Under the pieces are notes generated by a model that did no database searches, was not told where the DNA came from, and worked only from the letters and a program-made list of their open reading frames with translations. Shown piece after piece: positions 1 through 9,890 of a stretch of DNA of 64,000 nucleotides. The stretch spans positions 92,321-156,320 of the forward strand of contig CAYTAR010000001.1 of NCBI GenBank assembly GCA_964436015.1, written 5' to 3'. Each line of letters starts with the position of its first letter. The stretch's first letter is position 1. The translations under genes were made by a program, and so were the position numbers. Source of the stretch: an uncultured Candidatus Saccharibacteria bacterium (GTDB lineage Bacteria; Patescibacteriota; Minisyncoccia; Phycocordibacterales; GCA-2401445).

Positions 1-1467
1 GACCAAAAAACACTTGCGTACTTATCCCAGATTCTCTCCCAATCACAGATCATTCACTCTATACAAACAGTTGGAGACTACGTACATATCCTCACCACAC
101 TTACTGCTGATTCAGTGGCAACAGGAGAATCAATTGTTAAATCAGGCGCACAGACTGTAGTACTCCCCTCCCTACCTCAAACCGCACGCGAGGCACTGCG
201 TTCTCTTAAAGATGAAATGCAATCACTTGCATTACGTGAAAAGTCAGTACAAGCACGTATCGCAGAGTTTTCTATTCATAGAAATAAATTAAAGCAGTTA
301 GCTGATATTTTTACTTGGAAAAAAGAGCGGTATGAAATCGGACATACAGCACACCATACGCATTCTGTTCTTGTTTTTGAAGGTTGGATTAAAGAACGAC
401 ACATTCAGATCATTTCCAATAAGGTGTCTACTACGACTTCACTTTTTCATATTGAAATGGTAACCCCCTCTAAAGATGAGGAAATACCAGTTGAGATTGA
501 GAATGGTTGGTTGGTTAAACCTTTTGAGACCATCACACGACTCTACGGACTCCCTTCATACTACGACCTAGACCCGACCGCATTTCTTGCTGTATTCTTC
601 TTTTTATTCTTTGGTTTGTGTTTGACTGATGTCGGGTATGGAATATTTGTAATGCTACTCACCGGTATACTACTCGCTTTCTTTAGACTGCCAAAGGACA
701 ACCGTCCATTTGTCCTCCTTATGTTTTTGGGAGGGCTTTCATCAGCTCTTATAGGTCTCCTGTTCGGAGGGTACCTAGGAATTGATACCAAAGACCTTCC
801 CGTATGGACACAAAAAATACAAGCATTTAACCCAGTACTTAACCCCCTCCCTGTTCTATTCCTCTCTCTTGGACTCGGAGTTGTTCAAATCATGTTTGGA
901 ATATTTCTTCGCATTGTGCGGGAGTGGAAAAACGGAAACAGAATGGATGGCATTATCGGATACGGCCCGTGGCTCTTTTTCTTTCTTGCCTTTATTCTCT
1001 TTGGTTTACACGCTGGAAACATTTTAACTATCGGAACCAGTACACATTACCTGTATACCATATATGCATCAGTTGCACTCCTAGTGCTCACTCAAGGGCG
1101 ACACGAAAAAAATATATTTATGAAAGCATTCAAGGGAGTCATGAGTTTGTATGATTCTATTTCATACTTCTCTGACATACTTTCATACTCAAGGATTCTT
1201 GCTCTTGGACTTGCAACTACCGCACTTGCATTCTCTATAAACTTAATAGCAGACTTGATAAAAGAAATGATTCCGTTTGTAGGTGGTGTGTTAGCTATAC
1301 TCATCCTTATTGCGGGACACCTCTTTAATCTTGCGGTCAATATGCTTGGAGCCTTCATTCATAGTGCTCGTTTGCAATTCGTTGAATTTTTCAGTAAATT
1401 TATCGTCGGTACAGGTAAGGAATTTCGATCATTCAAACGAATACCGAAATTCGTTCACATAGAATGA
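1..1467 (+). CDS. ntpI: V/A-type ATPase subunit I (membrane subunit a), 5'-partial; the reading frame is open from base 1
   Basis: Frame 1 has no stop from position 1 to the listed ORF start at 115. The C-terminal half is polytopic membrane sequence. The gene is first in an I-K-E-C-F-A-B-D operon. Confidence 0.8.
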   Translation, partial: DQKTLAYLSQILSQSQIIHSIQTVGDYVHILTTLTADSVATGESIVKSGAQTVVLPSLPQTAREALRSLKDEMQSLALREKSVQARIAEFSIHRNKLKQLADIFTWKKERYEIGHTAHHTHSVLVFEGWIKERHIQIISNKVSTTTSLFHIEMVTPSKDEEIPVEIENGWLVKPFETITRLYGLPSYYDLDPTAFLAVFFFLFFGLCLTDVGYGIFVMLLTGILLAFFRLPKDNRPFVLLMFLGGLSSALIGLLFGGYLGIDTKDLPVWTQKIQAFNPVLNPLPVLFLSLGLGVVQIMFGIFLRIVREWKNGNRMDGIIGYGPWLFFFLAFILFGLHAGNILTIGTSTHYLYTIYASVALLVLTQGRHEKNIFMKAFKGVMSLYDSISYFSDILSYSRILALGLATTALAFSINLIADLIKEMIPFVGGVLAILILIAGHLFNLAVNMLGAFIHSARLQFVEFFSKFIVGTGKEFRSFKRIPKFVHIE

Positions 1468-1520
1468 AGTGTGCGGGCAAAGAATTATTAATCGTTATTA
1501 AAAAGTAATACATACATAAT

Positions 1521-2012
1521 ATGGAAACAGAAGTTGTAGGGGTTGTAACAGGACTAGTGTTGGTGTTCGGAGCTGCGGCTTTTGCCTCAGTTCTTGGATT
1601 TATCGGTTCTGCGTTCGGAATGCACTCAGCTGGCCAAGCTGGTGCTGCGCTCGTAGGTGAGAAGCCTGCTTTGTTCGGAAAGATACTTTTGATGCAAGCT
1701 CTACCGGGTTCTCAAGGTATTTACGGACTTGTGGGCGCATTTCTCATCCTCAATTCATCAGGCATTCTCTCAGGAGGGTTAATTGAAATACCAGTTTCAG
1801 TCGGCTTACAGTACCTAATAGCTGCAATTCCTCTTGGTCTCGCATGTCTATTCTCTGCAATATTTCAAGGACGAGTAGCAGCTTCAGGAATTATTATGCT
1901 CGGTCGTGATGAGTCTCTTGTGGCTCGAGCGATGGTACTTGCTGCGATGATTGAAACATGGGCTATCTTCGGATTCCTCATCAGCTTCATTCTTCTTAAC
2001 TCAATTGCGTAA
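1521..2012 (+). CDS. ntpK: V/A-type ATPase proteolipid subunit K (c-ring)
   Basis: A 163-aa hydrophobic protein with Gly/Ala-rich helices typical of c/K proteolipids. It lies between subunits I and E. Confidence 0.85.
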   Translation: METEVVGVVTGLVLVFGAAAFASVLGFIGSAFGMHSAGQAGAALVGEKPALFGKILLMQALPGSQGIYGLVGAFLILNSSGILSGGLIEIPVSVGLQYLIAAIPLGLACLFSAIFQGRVAASGIIMLGRDESLVARAMVLAAMIETWAIFGFLISFILLNSIA

Positions 2013-2014
2013 TT

Positions 2015-2581
2015 ATGTCACTTACCGACATAACAGAACACATACTCTCTACTAGCAACTCAGAAGCAGAGTTGATACGTTCACACGCACGTGCTGAAGT
2101 GAGCAACATTCATTCAGAAACACAAAAGTTACTCTCTGCTCAAGAAAATGAGTTTCATACTGAAACTGAACGCATTATTACTCAAACAGAACAGAAAATT
2201 AAGAATACGGCAACTCAAGAAAGCAAGTTATCTCTTGAACGAGAAAAAAATGCACTTCTAGAGTCTGTGTATTCCGAAGTTTCAGAATACATAACGAACG
2301 CGAGCGATTCAGAGTATAAAAATTTTCTAAAAAAAGCACTTGAGACAGTTTCAATTACTGATCCTGTTACGTGCTACGCACCTCTTGCCCGTCATGCAAT
2401 TACTAAAACCGTTCTCTCGGAACAGAAAATTCCTTGTAAGGAAATTAAGAATTCCCCTCGAGGTGTAGTTGGTATAATCCTTGAAAATGAATCAATATAT
2501 ATTGACTGCAGTTTACGTCAACGTATTGCCGATATCAAGAAAAAGAAAAATGTTGAAGTTGCGCGCATGCTATTCTCCTAA
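2015..2581 (+). CDS. ntpE: V/A-type ATPase subunit E
   Basis: A 188-aa charged helical protein at the operon position expected for subunit E (peripheral stalk). Confidence 0.65.
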   Translation: MSLTDITEHILSTSNSEAELIRSHARAEVSNIHSETQKLLSAQENEFHTETERIITQTEQKIKNTATQESKLSLEREKNALLESVYSEVSEYITNASDSEYKNFLKKALETVSITDPVTCYAPLARHAITKTVLSEQKIPCKEIKNSPRGVVGIILENESIYIDCSLRQRIADIKKKKNVEVARMLFS

Positions 2582-3564
2582 TGAACACAATACCCACACA
2601 AACTAGTTATCTTTTTGCAGGAGCGTATGCAACCGCTCGCATGTTTTCTTTGGTGTCTGAAAACCAGATTGAACGTCTATTAGGAGCTCGGAATAGCGAG
2701 GAAATGCAAGAGGTTCTGCATAGCACCTTCCTCGCTCCATTTATCTCAAAAGAAAACGCAACACTTAATAGTGCCTTGGAGGAGGCTGTGGCACACGCAA
2801 AGAAGGAATTGCTTTTTATTACTCCTTGCCCCGATCTACTTTCCCCTCTTTGGATGAAGTACGACTTCTTTAATATTAGAAATATTATTAAAGGTGAGCG
2901 CGGTGGATTATCAGATAAAGAAATAATTTCTACCTGTTTTACGAGCGGGTTACTTAGCCCTGAAGAGCTACTGGCTCGATATCGATCTGGGACACTATCA
3001 TTCACTCACCCACACCTTGACCGTGTTGTTACGCAGGCAAAAAAAGAAACGGAATCTTATGCTATTGATGTGGCAAAAAATAAGGAGTACTTCTCAACCA
3101 TTGCACAATTTGCACGTTCTACAAAAAATGTTTTTATCGCTCGGTACCTAGCTACTTTAATTGATATATACAATCTCAAAATTAAGGCCCGAACTAAACA
3201 CCTTTCATCTTTAGTTAACCCTTCATCTCTTTTTGTACAAGGTGGCACTATTCCACAATTCACCCTTATACAACAGTCTATTACGGAACTGTACGCAAGA
3301 TTACACGACGCAACTCACTGGAAAGAGGCACTCCAGGAATACGAAGAAACAGGCTCATTTGCTCTGCTTGATAAGCTATCTGAAGAATATCTTCACGTGT
3401 TTCTTAAAAGAGAGAGTATTGACCTCTTTAGCGTAGCACCACAGTACGCGTATTTTAATGCAGTTAAGAACACCGTTCAGACATTGAAAGCAATCATTTC
3501 AGGCAAAGATGCTGGTATTACCGAGGCTGAACTACGTCGTACATTAAGGAGAGTATTTATATAG
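2581..3564 (+). CDS. ntpC: V/A-type ATPase subunit C (V0 d-like)
   Basis: A 327-aa protein whose size and position match ntpC/atpC. Its start overlaps the subunit E stop. Confidence 0.7.
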   Translation: MNTIPTQTSYLFAGAYATARMFSLVSENQIERLLGARNSEEMQEVLHSTFLAPFISKENATLNSALEEAVAHAKKELLFITPCPDLLSPLWMKYDFFNIRNIIKGERGGLSDKEIISTCFTSGLLSPEELLARYRSGTLSFTHPHLDRVVTQAKKETESYAIDVAKNKEYFSTIAQFARSTKNVFIARYLATLIDIYNLKIKARTKHLSSLVNPSSLFVQGGTIPQFTLIQQSITELYARLHDATHWKEALQEYEETGSFALLDKLSEEYLHVFLKRESIDLFSVAPQYAYFNAVKNTVQTLKAIISGKDAGITEAELRRTLRRVFI

Positions 3565-3565
3565 T

Positions 3566-3907
3566 ATGAAGTACAGAACTGCAATTATTGGTCCAAAAGA
3601 TACCGTATCCTTATTTAAAGCAACTGGTGCGGATGTCTTTCCCGCGACACATTCAGATGAAGCGCTCGTAATACTTAAGCACCTCAGGAAAAAAACCATT
3701 ACGACCGACTCTGAAGAAAAATATGCCGTAATAATGATCATTGAAGACTTACTCACCGGCATACACGAAGACGAACTAGCCCGCTTTACTGAAACTCCCC
3801 TCCCCGCCCTTCTCGCGCTTCCAGGACGTTTAGGATCAAGTGGAGTAAGTAAAGCAAGGTTACAAAAATTAGCAGAAAGGGCGATAGGAACAACTATTGG
3901 AGATTAA
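3566..3907 (+). CDS. ntpF: V/A-type ATPase subunit F
   Basis: A 113-aa protein with N-terminus [25 protein letters not shown], typical of the subunit F family. Confidence 0.75.
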   Translation: MKYRTAIIGPKDTVSLFKATGADVFPATHSDEALVILKHLRKKTITTDSEEKYAVIMIIEDLLTGIHEDELARFTETPLPALLALPGRLGSSGVSKARLQKLAERAIGTTIGD

Positions 3908-3917
3908 TAAATACACT

Positions 3918-5687
3918 ATGATGAATACTAAAACAGGAACAATACGAAGAGTGAGTGGACCGCTTGTAGAAGCGGAAGGTTTAAGTGCTCCACGAATGTA
4001 TGAGCTCGTTAAGGTGGGCAAGGCAAAACTCATGGGTGAAATTATTGAGCTCAAGGGTTCTTATGCATCAATACAAGTGTATGAAGATACAAGCGGAATA
4101 TCTCCGGGTGAGCCTGTAATTGCTACAGGAAAGACAATGTCTGCAGAACTTGCTCCAGGACTTCTCGGTTCAATTTATGATGGTATACAACGACCACTAC
4201 AAGCTATTGAAGAAAAATCTAAAAGTTTCTACATTGCACGTGGAATTGAAGCACCTGGAATTGACCGAAAGAAAATTTGGGAGTTTACAGCAAAAGTAAA
4301 GGTCGGTGCATCTGTTTCAGCGGGCGACATTTTAGGTGAAGTACAGGAAACTACTCTTATTACTCACAAAGTAATGGTTCCTCCTCATGTGAGTGGTGAA
4401 GTAGTTTCAATCACTACTGGTTCGTTTACAGTTACCGACACGGTAGCAGTAGTGCAACAGAAAGATGGAACAAAAGAGAATATCTCAATGCTTCAGTACT
4501 GGCCAATTAGAACTCCCCGACCACGAAAAGCAAAAATTTTCCCTACTGAACCATTGGTTACTGGTGGACGCTCTATTGATACATTCTTCCCTGTTGTAAA
4601 AGGGGGTGCTGCTGCGATTCCTGGACCATTCGGTTCTGGAAAAACAGTTACTCAGCAATCAATTGCAAAGTACTGTGATGCACAGGTTATTGTCTACATC
4701 GGGTGCGGTGAGCGCGGAAATGAAATGACAGAAGTTTTGTCTGAATTTCCTCACCTTATCGATCCAAACACTGGCGAATCTCTCATGAAGCGGACTATCC
4801 TGATTGCAAACACATCAAACATGCCGGTTGCCGCTCGTGAAGCAAGTGTGTACACCGGTATTACCATCGCAGAATACTATCGCGACATGGGTTACTCTGT
4901 TGCACTAATGGCAGACTCTACATCACGTTGGGCGGAGGCTATGCGAGAAATTTCAGGTAGAATGGAGGAAATGCCGGGAGAGGAAGGATATCCGGCATAT
5001 CTCTCAAGTAGGACAGCAGAGTTTTATGAGCGTGCTGGTTTTGTAGAGTGCCTCGGAAGTGATGGTAGAAAAGGCGCTCTCACCGTAATCGGTGCAGTGT
5101 CTCCTCCAGGAGGAGATCTCTCAGAGCCAGTGTCTCAGGCGACACTTCGCGTTACGAAAGTATTTTGGGGACTTGATGCAGGGCTAGCGTACAGAAAGCA
5201 CTTCCCTACGATAAACTGGCTTAACTCATATTCACTTTACATTCCAAACATTACAGACTATTGGAGAAAAAACATTGCCGAGGACTACCCTGAAGTAAGA
5301 AGCGAGGCAATGGACCTCCTTCAGCAAGAGTCAAAGCTTATGGAGATTGTAAAGCTTGTTGGTATGGAATCGCTTTCTAATGAGGAAAAGTTAACTCTTG
5401 AAATAGCTAAATCAATTAGAGAAGATTTTCTATTCCAAAATGCGTTTGATAAAGAAGATGCGTACACCGCACCGATTCGCCAGTACCATATTCTCAAATC
5501 AATTCTTCATGTCTTCCATCTAGGAAAAGCAGTTGTAACACAAGAAGAATTTGATTTTGCTCGTTTCAGAAATACTGAATCAATGAAGAAACTACCTACC
5601 CTTAAGCAGATTCCAGTAGATGCACTTGAACAGTTTTCTGCTTTCAAAGCTGATGCTGAAAAAGAAATTAATAACCTTATCGCGTAA
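3918..5687 (+). CDS. ntpA: V/A-type ATPase catalytic subunit A
   Basis: Walker A motif GPFGSGKTV and the strongly conserved A-subunit core. The ORF track opens at TTG 3897, which overlaps ntpF. The ATG at 3918 ([17 protein letters not shown]) sits about 15 nt downstream of a GGAG motif and is preferred. Confidence 0.93.
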   Translation: MMNTKTGTIRRVSGPLVEAEGLSAPRMYELVKVGKAKLMGEIIELKGSYASIQVYEDTSGISPGEPVIATGKTMSAELAPGLLGSIYDGIQRPLQAIEEKSKSFYIARGIEAPGIDRKKIWEFTAKVKVGASVSAGDILGEVQETTLITHKVMVPPHVSGEVVSITTGSFTVTDTVAVVQQKDGTKENISMLQYWPIRTPRPRKAKIFPTEPLVTGGRSIDTFFPVVKGGAAAIPGPFGSGKTVTQQSIAKYCDAQVIVYIGCGERGNEMTEVLSEFPHLIDPNTGESLMKRTILIANTSNMPVAAREASVYTGITIAEYYRDMGYSVALMADSTSRWAEAMREISGRMEEMPGEEGYPAYLSSRTAEFYERAGFVECLGSDGRKGALTVIGAVSPPGGDLSEPVSQATLRVTKVFWGLDAGLAYRKHFPTINWLNSYSLYIPNITDYWRKNIAEDYPEVRSEAMDLLQQESKLMEIVKLVGMESLSNEEKLTLEIAKSIREDFLFQNAFDKEDAYTAPIRQYHILKSILHVFHLGKAVVTQEEFDFARFRNTESMKKLPTLKQIPVDALEQFSAFKADAEKEINNLIA

Positions 5688-5692
5688 CCTCT

Positions 5693-7060
5693 ATGATTAA
5701 AGAATACAAAACAGCAGAATCAGTCTCAGGTCCGCTAATCGTAGTTCGGGGAGTAGATGGAGTTATGTACGAAGAGTTGGTTGAGGTTATGCTACCTCAC
5801 GAGGACAAACCTCGGCTCGGAAAGGTGCTTGATACCGCAAATGGTAAAGTTGTTGTCCAGATGTTTAGCCCAACCACCGGCATGCAGACTGAAAATACAC
5901 GTGTAAGGTTTACTGGGGAAACAGCAAAACTCGGTGTTTCTAAGTCAATGTTGGGACGAGTCTTTTCAGGAGGTGGAGATGTGATTGATGGCGGACCAGA
6001 AATAATTCCTGATGTCATGCTTGATATCAATGGCTCAGCTATCAATCCTGCAAGTAGAGAGTATCCAAACGACTTTATCCAAACAGGAATATCTTCTATT
6101 GATGTAATGAACACACTCGTGCGTGGACAAAAACTACCTATATTTTCAGGAGCGGGACTTCCCCACGCACGTCTTGCGGCTCAGATTGCACGACAAGCAA
6201 AAGTGAAAAGTGGTGGAAACTTCGCTATCGTGTTCGGAACGATGGGTGTGACCTTTGAGGAAGCGGCATACTTTAAGAAAGAGTTTGAATCGACAGGAGC
6301 CCTTGAACGAAGTGTGCTTTTCCTTAACACAGCCGCAGACCCTGTGGTAGAGCGTATCACTACCCCCCGCCTTGCCCTTACCACTGCTGAGTACCTCGCA
6401 TTTGAGCACAACATGCATGTGTTGGTGATTTTGACTGACATGACAAACTACTGTGAAGCACTCCGAGAAGTTTCTTCAGCACGAAAAGAAGTTCCAGGTA
6501 GACGAGGCTACCCAGGGTACATGTACACCGACCTCTCAACTATTTATGAGCGTGCAGGAAGAGTTAAGGGAAGATCTGGATCAATTACCCAGATTCCTAT
6601 CCTTACCATGCCTGACGATGATAAAACACACCCTGTTCCCGACCTTACAGGCTACATTACCGAAGGACAGTTTGTTATCGATAGAACATTGAACACTAAA
6701 GGGCTCTTCCCTCCTGTTGACGTACAAGGTTCACTTTCAAGACTCTGGTCTGCAGGGGTTGGTCCTGACAAAACACGTGAGGATCACTCTGGATTGAAGG
6801 ATCAACTGTTCTCTTCTTACGCGATTGGAAAAGAAGCTAGAGAGCTTGCAGTGGTTCTGGGCGAAGCGTCACTCTCTGAATCTGACCGCGCACACCTCAA
6901 ATTTGCGGAACAGTTTGAAAAACAATTCATTAACCAAGGTGAGTACGAAAACAGAGATATTGAAACATCACTCAATAAAGGGTGGGAGCTACTTACCATG
7001 GTACCCCGTGAATCACTTAAACGAGTTAAGGCTGAGTTTATAGACAAGTACATGAAGTAG
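5693..7060 (+). CDS. ntpB: V/A-type ATPase subunit B
   Basis: A 455-aa protein with the conserved non-catalytic B-subunit fold sequence ([13 protein letters not shown] etc.). Confidence 0.93.
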   Translation: MIKEYKTAESVSGPLIVVRGVDGVMYEELVEVMLPHEDKPRLGKVLDTANGKVVVQMFSPTTGMQTENTRVRFTGETAKLGVSKSMLGRVFSGGGDVIDGGPEIIPDVMLDINGSAINPASREYPNDFIQTGISSIDVMNTLVRGQKLPIFSGAGLPHARLAAQIARQAKVKSGGNFAIVFGTMGVTFEEAAYFKKEFESTGALERSVLFLNTAADPVVERITTPRLALTTAEYLAFEHNMHVLVILTDMTNYCEALREVSSARKEVPGRRGYPGYMYTDLSTIYERAGRVKGRSGSITQIPILTMPDDDKTHPVPDLTGYITEGQFVIDRTLNTKGLFPPVDVQGSLSRLWSAGVGPDKTREDHSGLKDQLFSSYAIGKEARELAVVLGEASLSESDRAHLKFAEQFEKQFINQGEYENRDIETSLNKGWELLTMVPRESLKRVKAEFIDKYMK

Positions 7061-7061
7061 T

Positions 7062-7694
7062 ATGATTCTCAAGGTTAATCCAACACGAATAAACCTACTC
7101 ACCCTCAAACGAGAGTTGAAACTCGCGGTTAGAGGTCACAAACTTCTTAAAGATAAACGCGATGGGTTGATGAAAAAGTTTATGGAAACTGTACGTGAGG
7201 TAAAATCGCTCCGTACGCATGTTGAGAGTGAGCTTGCGGTCATGTTTTCATCTTACACACGCGCAAGTATCATGATGGCTCAGAAATCTATAGATACTGC
7301 ATTCATGCTCCCTAATGCTAAACTCTCGCTTGAGGTAACTACAAAGTCTGTTATGTCTGTTCCAATTCCTGAATTTACACTTGAAAAGAATGGCACCCTT
7401 TTTTGTTACGGAATGCTTGATACGAGTGGCGACCTTGATTCCGCAATAATGAAATTAGACGCAACGCTTCCAGACCTTTTCACTCTCGCTCAGCTGGAAA
7501 AAACAATTGAGAATCTTGCGCTAGAAATTGAACGTACCCGAAGGCGAGCAAGCGCGCTTGAAAATACTCGTATTCCAAACCTTAAAGAAACGATACGTTT
7601 TATCACGATGCGACTTGAAGAGCAGGCACGTGATGCGGTAGTAGGAACAATGCGAATAAAAGCCATGATTCTTGAAAAAGAGGCTGTGGCGTAG
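7062..7694 (+). CDS. ntpD: V/A-type ATPase subunit D (central stalk)
   Basis: A 210-aa coiled-coil protein and the last gene of the operon. Confidence 0.85.
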   Translation: MILKVNPTRINLLTLKRELKLAVRGHKLLKDKRDGLMKKFMETVREVKSLRTHVESELAVMFSSYTRASIMMAQKSIDTAFMLPNAKLSLEVTTKSVMSVPIPEFTLEKNGTLFCYGMLDTSGDLDSAIMKLDATLPDLFTLAQLEKTIENLALEIERTRRRASALENTRIPNLKETIRFITMRLEEQARDAVVGTMRIKAMILEKEAVA

Positions 7695-7862
7695 TAGTTA
7701 TCCACATATAATCCACCGGCTATACACGGTATCTTTTGACTTTATGTGAGCAACTCTTTAGTGTGGATGTATGTTTCCTAAGGTTGCATAGAGTCACTAT
7801 AATCACTCTGTTGCAAAACTATATACAAAAAACCACTCACCTTAGTGAACATATGACCGAAG

Positions 7863-7895
7863 AAAACCACCAATAACATGGTGGTTTTCTTTTGG
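7863..7895 (+). terminator. Intrinsic terminator downstream of the ATPase operon
   Basis: Hairpin aaccacc-aataacat-ggtggtt followed by ttcttttgg. Confidence 0.55.
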
Positions 7896-7952
7896 CGAAC
7901 TACTTGACATTAAGTGTTTGTGATGTACTATATTTTCGAAAGGAGTGCATCT

Positions 7953-8090
7953 ATGCCAAAATATTGCGAATGTGGCAGAGAGATTCGCGTGAAGAAACGT
8001 GGTAAATGGGGCCCTCCCCCGGACGAAGACCACGATATGTGTCGTCAGTGCTGGCAATCCCACATTGATGCGTCACGCTACAATCACTGA
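7953..8090 (+). CDS. 45-aa zinc-ribbon protein (CxxC...CxxC), absent from the ORF track because it is under 60 aa
   Basis: Sequence MPKYCECGREIRVKKRGKWGPPPDEDHDMCRQCWQSH..., with SD-like aaggag 8 nt upstream of the ATG. A TTGACA -35 hexamer lies at about 7905-7910. Confidence 0.45.
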   Translation: MPKYCECGREIRVKKRGKWGPPPDEDHDMCRQCWQSHIDASRYNH

Positions 8091-8159
8091 GCGCCACTCA
8101 AAAATTCCCCACGATACTCTTCGCGGAAAATTATTTTTTTTATTTTCAATTTTATTAGC

Positions 8160-8455
8160 AATCACCCTCTTCCTTTTAATTCTTATCTTTTTTTCTTCTT
8201 ATCTCTAATCTCTGATCTCTACAATCTCTACCCGTTCTCTTTCCATTCTAATCTCCAATCTCTTCGTCTCTACTTATTATTTCCTCATTTTTTCTTATAC
8301 TGCGATATATCGCAGTATAAGAAAAAAGTTCCTATTTTCTATTTTCAGTTTTTTTCTAGCCTCTAATCTCATATCTCTGCCTCTTCCCTTTTTCCTTTTC
8401 TAATCTCTAATCTCCGTTCTCTAGTCTCTGTTCTCTACTCTCCCATTCCGGTATT
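8160..8455. repeat. Pyrimidine-rich degenerate (TCTCTAATCTC/TTTTCT)n repeat tract, locus A
   Basis: Reiterated atctct/taatctc units. Positions 8381-8418 are identical to 57286-57323. The tract lies in a convergent intergenic region and overlaps the 3' end of the exonuclease ORF. Confidence 0.7.
8288..8327. repeat. 40-bp perfect palindrome ttttttcttatactgcgatatatcgcagtataagaaaaaa
   Basis: Read directly from the sequence. The self-complementarity is perfect over 40 bp and is embedded in the repeat tract. Confidence 0.8.
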
Positions 8456-9027
8456 TCATATTGCTCAAATTCTGAAAGCACTTTCTTATTCCAGAACAAT
8501 CTACCAAAGGCTTCAGTTTCCATTAACGCGCCGGTAAGCGCATTATGTGGATGTGGTTCAGAAGTTAAACCGACATACTCAAATATTGCATCTGAGGTAA
8601 GTGCACTTCTTTTCTTTTCAGTAGGAAATTGTGTTCCTCGTGCAAACATGTGTGCGATACACACCGAATGAAGATCAACCGTTCTGTGCGCAAGTGGCCA
8701 ATTAATATGGTGTCTCAGGGCCCCCACATGAATAAAATCTCTATCAAACGAAGGGTTTTGTCCTGCTATAGTGTGATCATCACTTTCAAGTGCCCACGCA
8801 ATGAAATTCGTTACTATTTCAAATTCAGATAACTTTTTCTTGTCATGTATATCACTCTCTGTAAAACCATTCACGGTGAGCGCCTCAGGCATCACATGAA
8901 TACCCTCTTCTATATAGCACTCCTGATAAAAGCGCCGATCTGGTCGGTTTAAATCAACCGCACCAATTGATAACAATCCGTGCTTATGCGGTTCTGTTCC
9001 AGTCGCCTCAACATCTACAACAATCAT
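8407..9027 (-). CDS. DEDDh-family 3'-5' exonuclease (DnaQ/RNase T-like)
   Basis: Exo I motif VVDVEATG and Exo III-like HNALTGA. The last about 12 codons (ESREQRLENGD) are encoded by the repeat tract, so the true stop is uncertain. Confidence 0.75.
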   Translation of the reverse strand: MIVVDVEATGTEPHKHGLLSIGAVDLNRPDRRFYQECYIEEGIHVMPEALTVNGFTESDIHDKKKLSEFEIVTNFIAWALESDDHTIAGQNPSFDRDFIHVGALRHHINWPLAHRTVDLHSVCIAHMFARGTQFPTEKKRSALTSDAIFEYVGLTSEPHPHNALTGALMETEAFGRLFWNKKVLSEFEQYEIPEWESREQRLENGD

Positions 9028-9040
9028 TTTTTTATTATAA

Positions 9041-9125
9041 CAAAAAATCTCTTCTTATCTCTAATCTCATATCTTTACCCTCTGTTTTCTATTTTCAATT
9101 TTCTTTCCAATCTCTTTTCTCTAAT
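9041..9125. repeat. Pyrimidine-rich repeat tract, locus B
   Basis: Shares tctctaatctcatatct and tattttcaatttt units with locus A. Confidence 0.6.
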
Positions 9126-9130
9126 CTCTG

Positions 9131-9532
9131 CTAAATTCCTTTACAATTCGCTGCTGGGGTATACCCTCGCGCTTCCGCTTCCTCCTTATTTTGAAACCAC
9201 ACCTTATTTTGTTCTGCAATCTGTTGTGCACCCGGACACCACGGGAGGTGGTACTTTGTACCATTCTTTGAGCCAACATATGAACCTTCAGTAATCATAG
9301 CAGGTTCAGCAATACTTGTTGCCACACCTCCCTTTTCAGTTAGTACACCTGCCCCAAAAGCCCTATTTTCAATGGTTACATCAGGTTTTACTGCCAGAGA
9401 GACCGATAGCCTACCCAATGCAAATGCAAGGCTTACAGAGCCCAAAATAAGCCCTGAGATAAGAAGGTCTGAAAACACACCCCGTGCAGTACCCCTCCCC
9501 TTGATTAATTTTGACTCTTCTGGTAAACTCAT
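9131..9532 (-). CDS. Membrane-anchored protein with C-terminal Ada-like metal-binding motif
   Basis: An N-terminal TM helix, then KYHLPWCPGAQQIAEQNKVWFQNKEEAEARGYTPAANCKG, which resembles the YHxPxCP...ENxxFF...A..GYRPC signature of the Ada Zn-binding fold. Confidence 0.5.
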   Translation of the reverse strand: MSLPEESKLIKGRGTARGVFSDLLISGLILGSVSLAFALGRLSVSLAVKPDVTIENRAFGAGVLTEKGGVATSIAEPAMITEGSYVGSKNGTKYHLPWCPGAQQIAEQNKVWFQNKEEAEARGYTPAANCKGI

Positions 9533-9572
9533 AAAACTTATATAGATTAAGTGTACCGTATTTAATTAAGTT

Positions 9573-9845
9573 ATGGCAACAAAAAAGGCCGCGGGAACCG
9601 CGAAAAACTTACGTGACTCAAACCCAAAGTATTTGGGTGTTAAAATTGCGGATGGTCAACACGTAAAAGCAGGAGGTATTATTGTAAGACAGCGAGGCAC
9701 AAAGTTTGTGGCTGGTCCAAATACATCTATCGGAAAAGACCATACTGTTTTCTCTCTCATTGAAGGCACCGTATCATTCACCAACGCTCGAAAGACTCGT
9801 TTCGATGGACAGGTGCGTTCAAAAAAGAAAGTCTCCGTCTCATAA
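9573..9845 (+). CDS. rpmA: 50S ribosomal protein L27
   Basis: Signature [11 protein letters not shown]...[10 protein letters not shown]...GKDHTVFSL. Confidence 0.95.
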   Translation: MATKKAAGTAKNLRDSNPKYLGVKIADGQHVKAGGIIVRQRGTKFVAGPNTSIGKDHTVFSLIEGTVSFTNARKTRFDGQVRSKKKVSVS

Positions 9846-9854
9846 AGTAATACA

Positions 9855-9890
9855 ACAAAAAAACCGCATATGCGGTTTTTTTGTTTATTT
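9855..9890. terminator. Bidirectional intrinsic terminator between convergent rpmA and rplI
   Basis: Sequence aaaaaaaccgcatatgcggtttttttg, with an A-run before and a T-run after the hairpin. Confidence 0.8.

Noticed and set aside
7698-7706. Perfect DnaA box TTATCCACA just after ntpD, with a near-match ctatccaca at about 14768 upstream of dnaB
   Set aside because: A single 9-mer is expected by chance about once per 100 kb on two strands. No cluster of boxes, no dnaA/dnaN and no AT-rich DUE are seen, so an origin is not supported.
8160-8455. Possibility that the TC-rich tracts are a degenerate CRISPR array
   Set aside because: There is no constant repeat unit, no regular spacer length and no cas genes. 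The periodicity is 6-12 bp and irregular.
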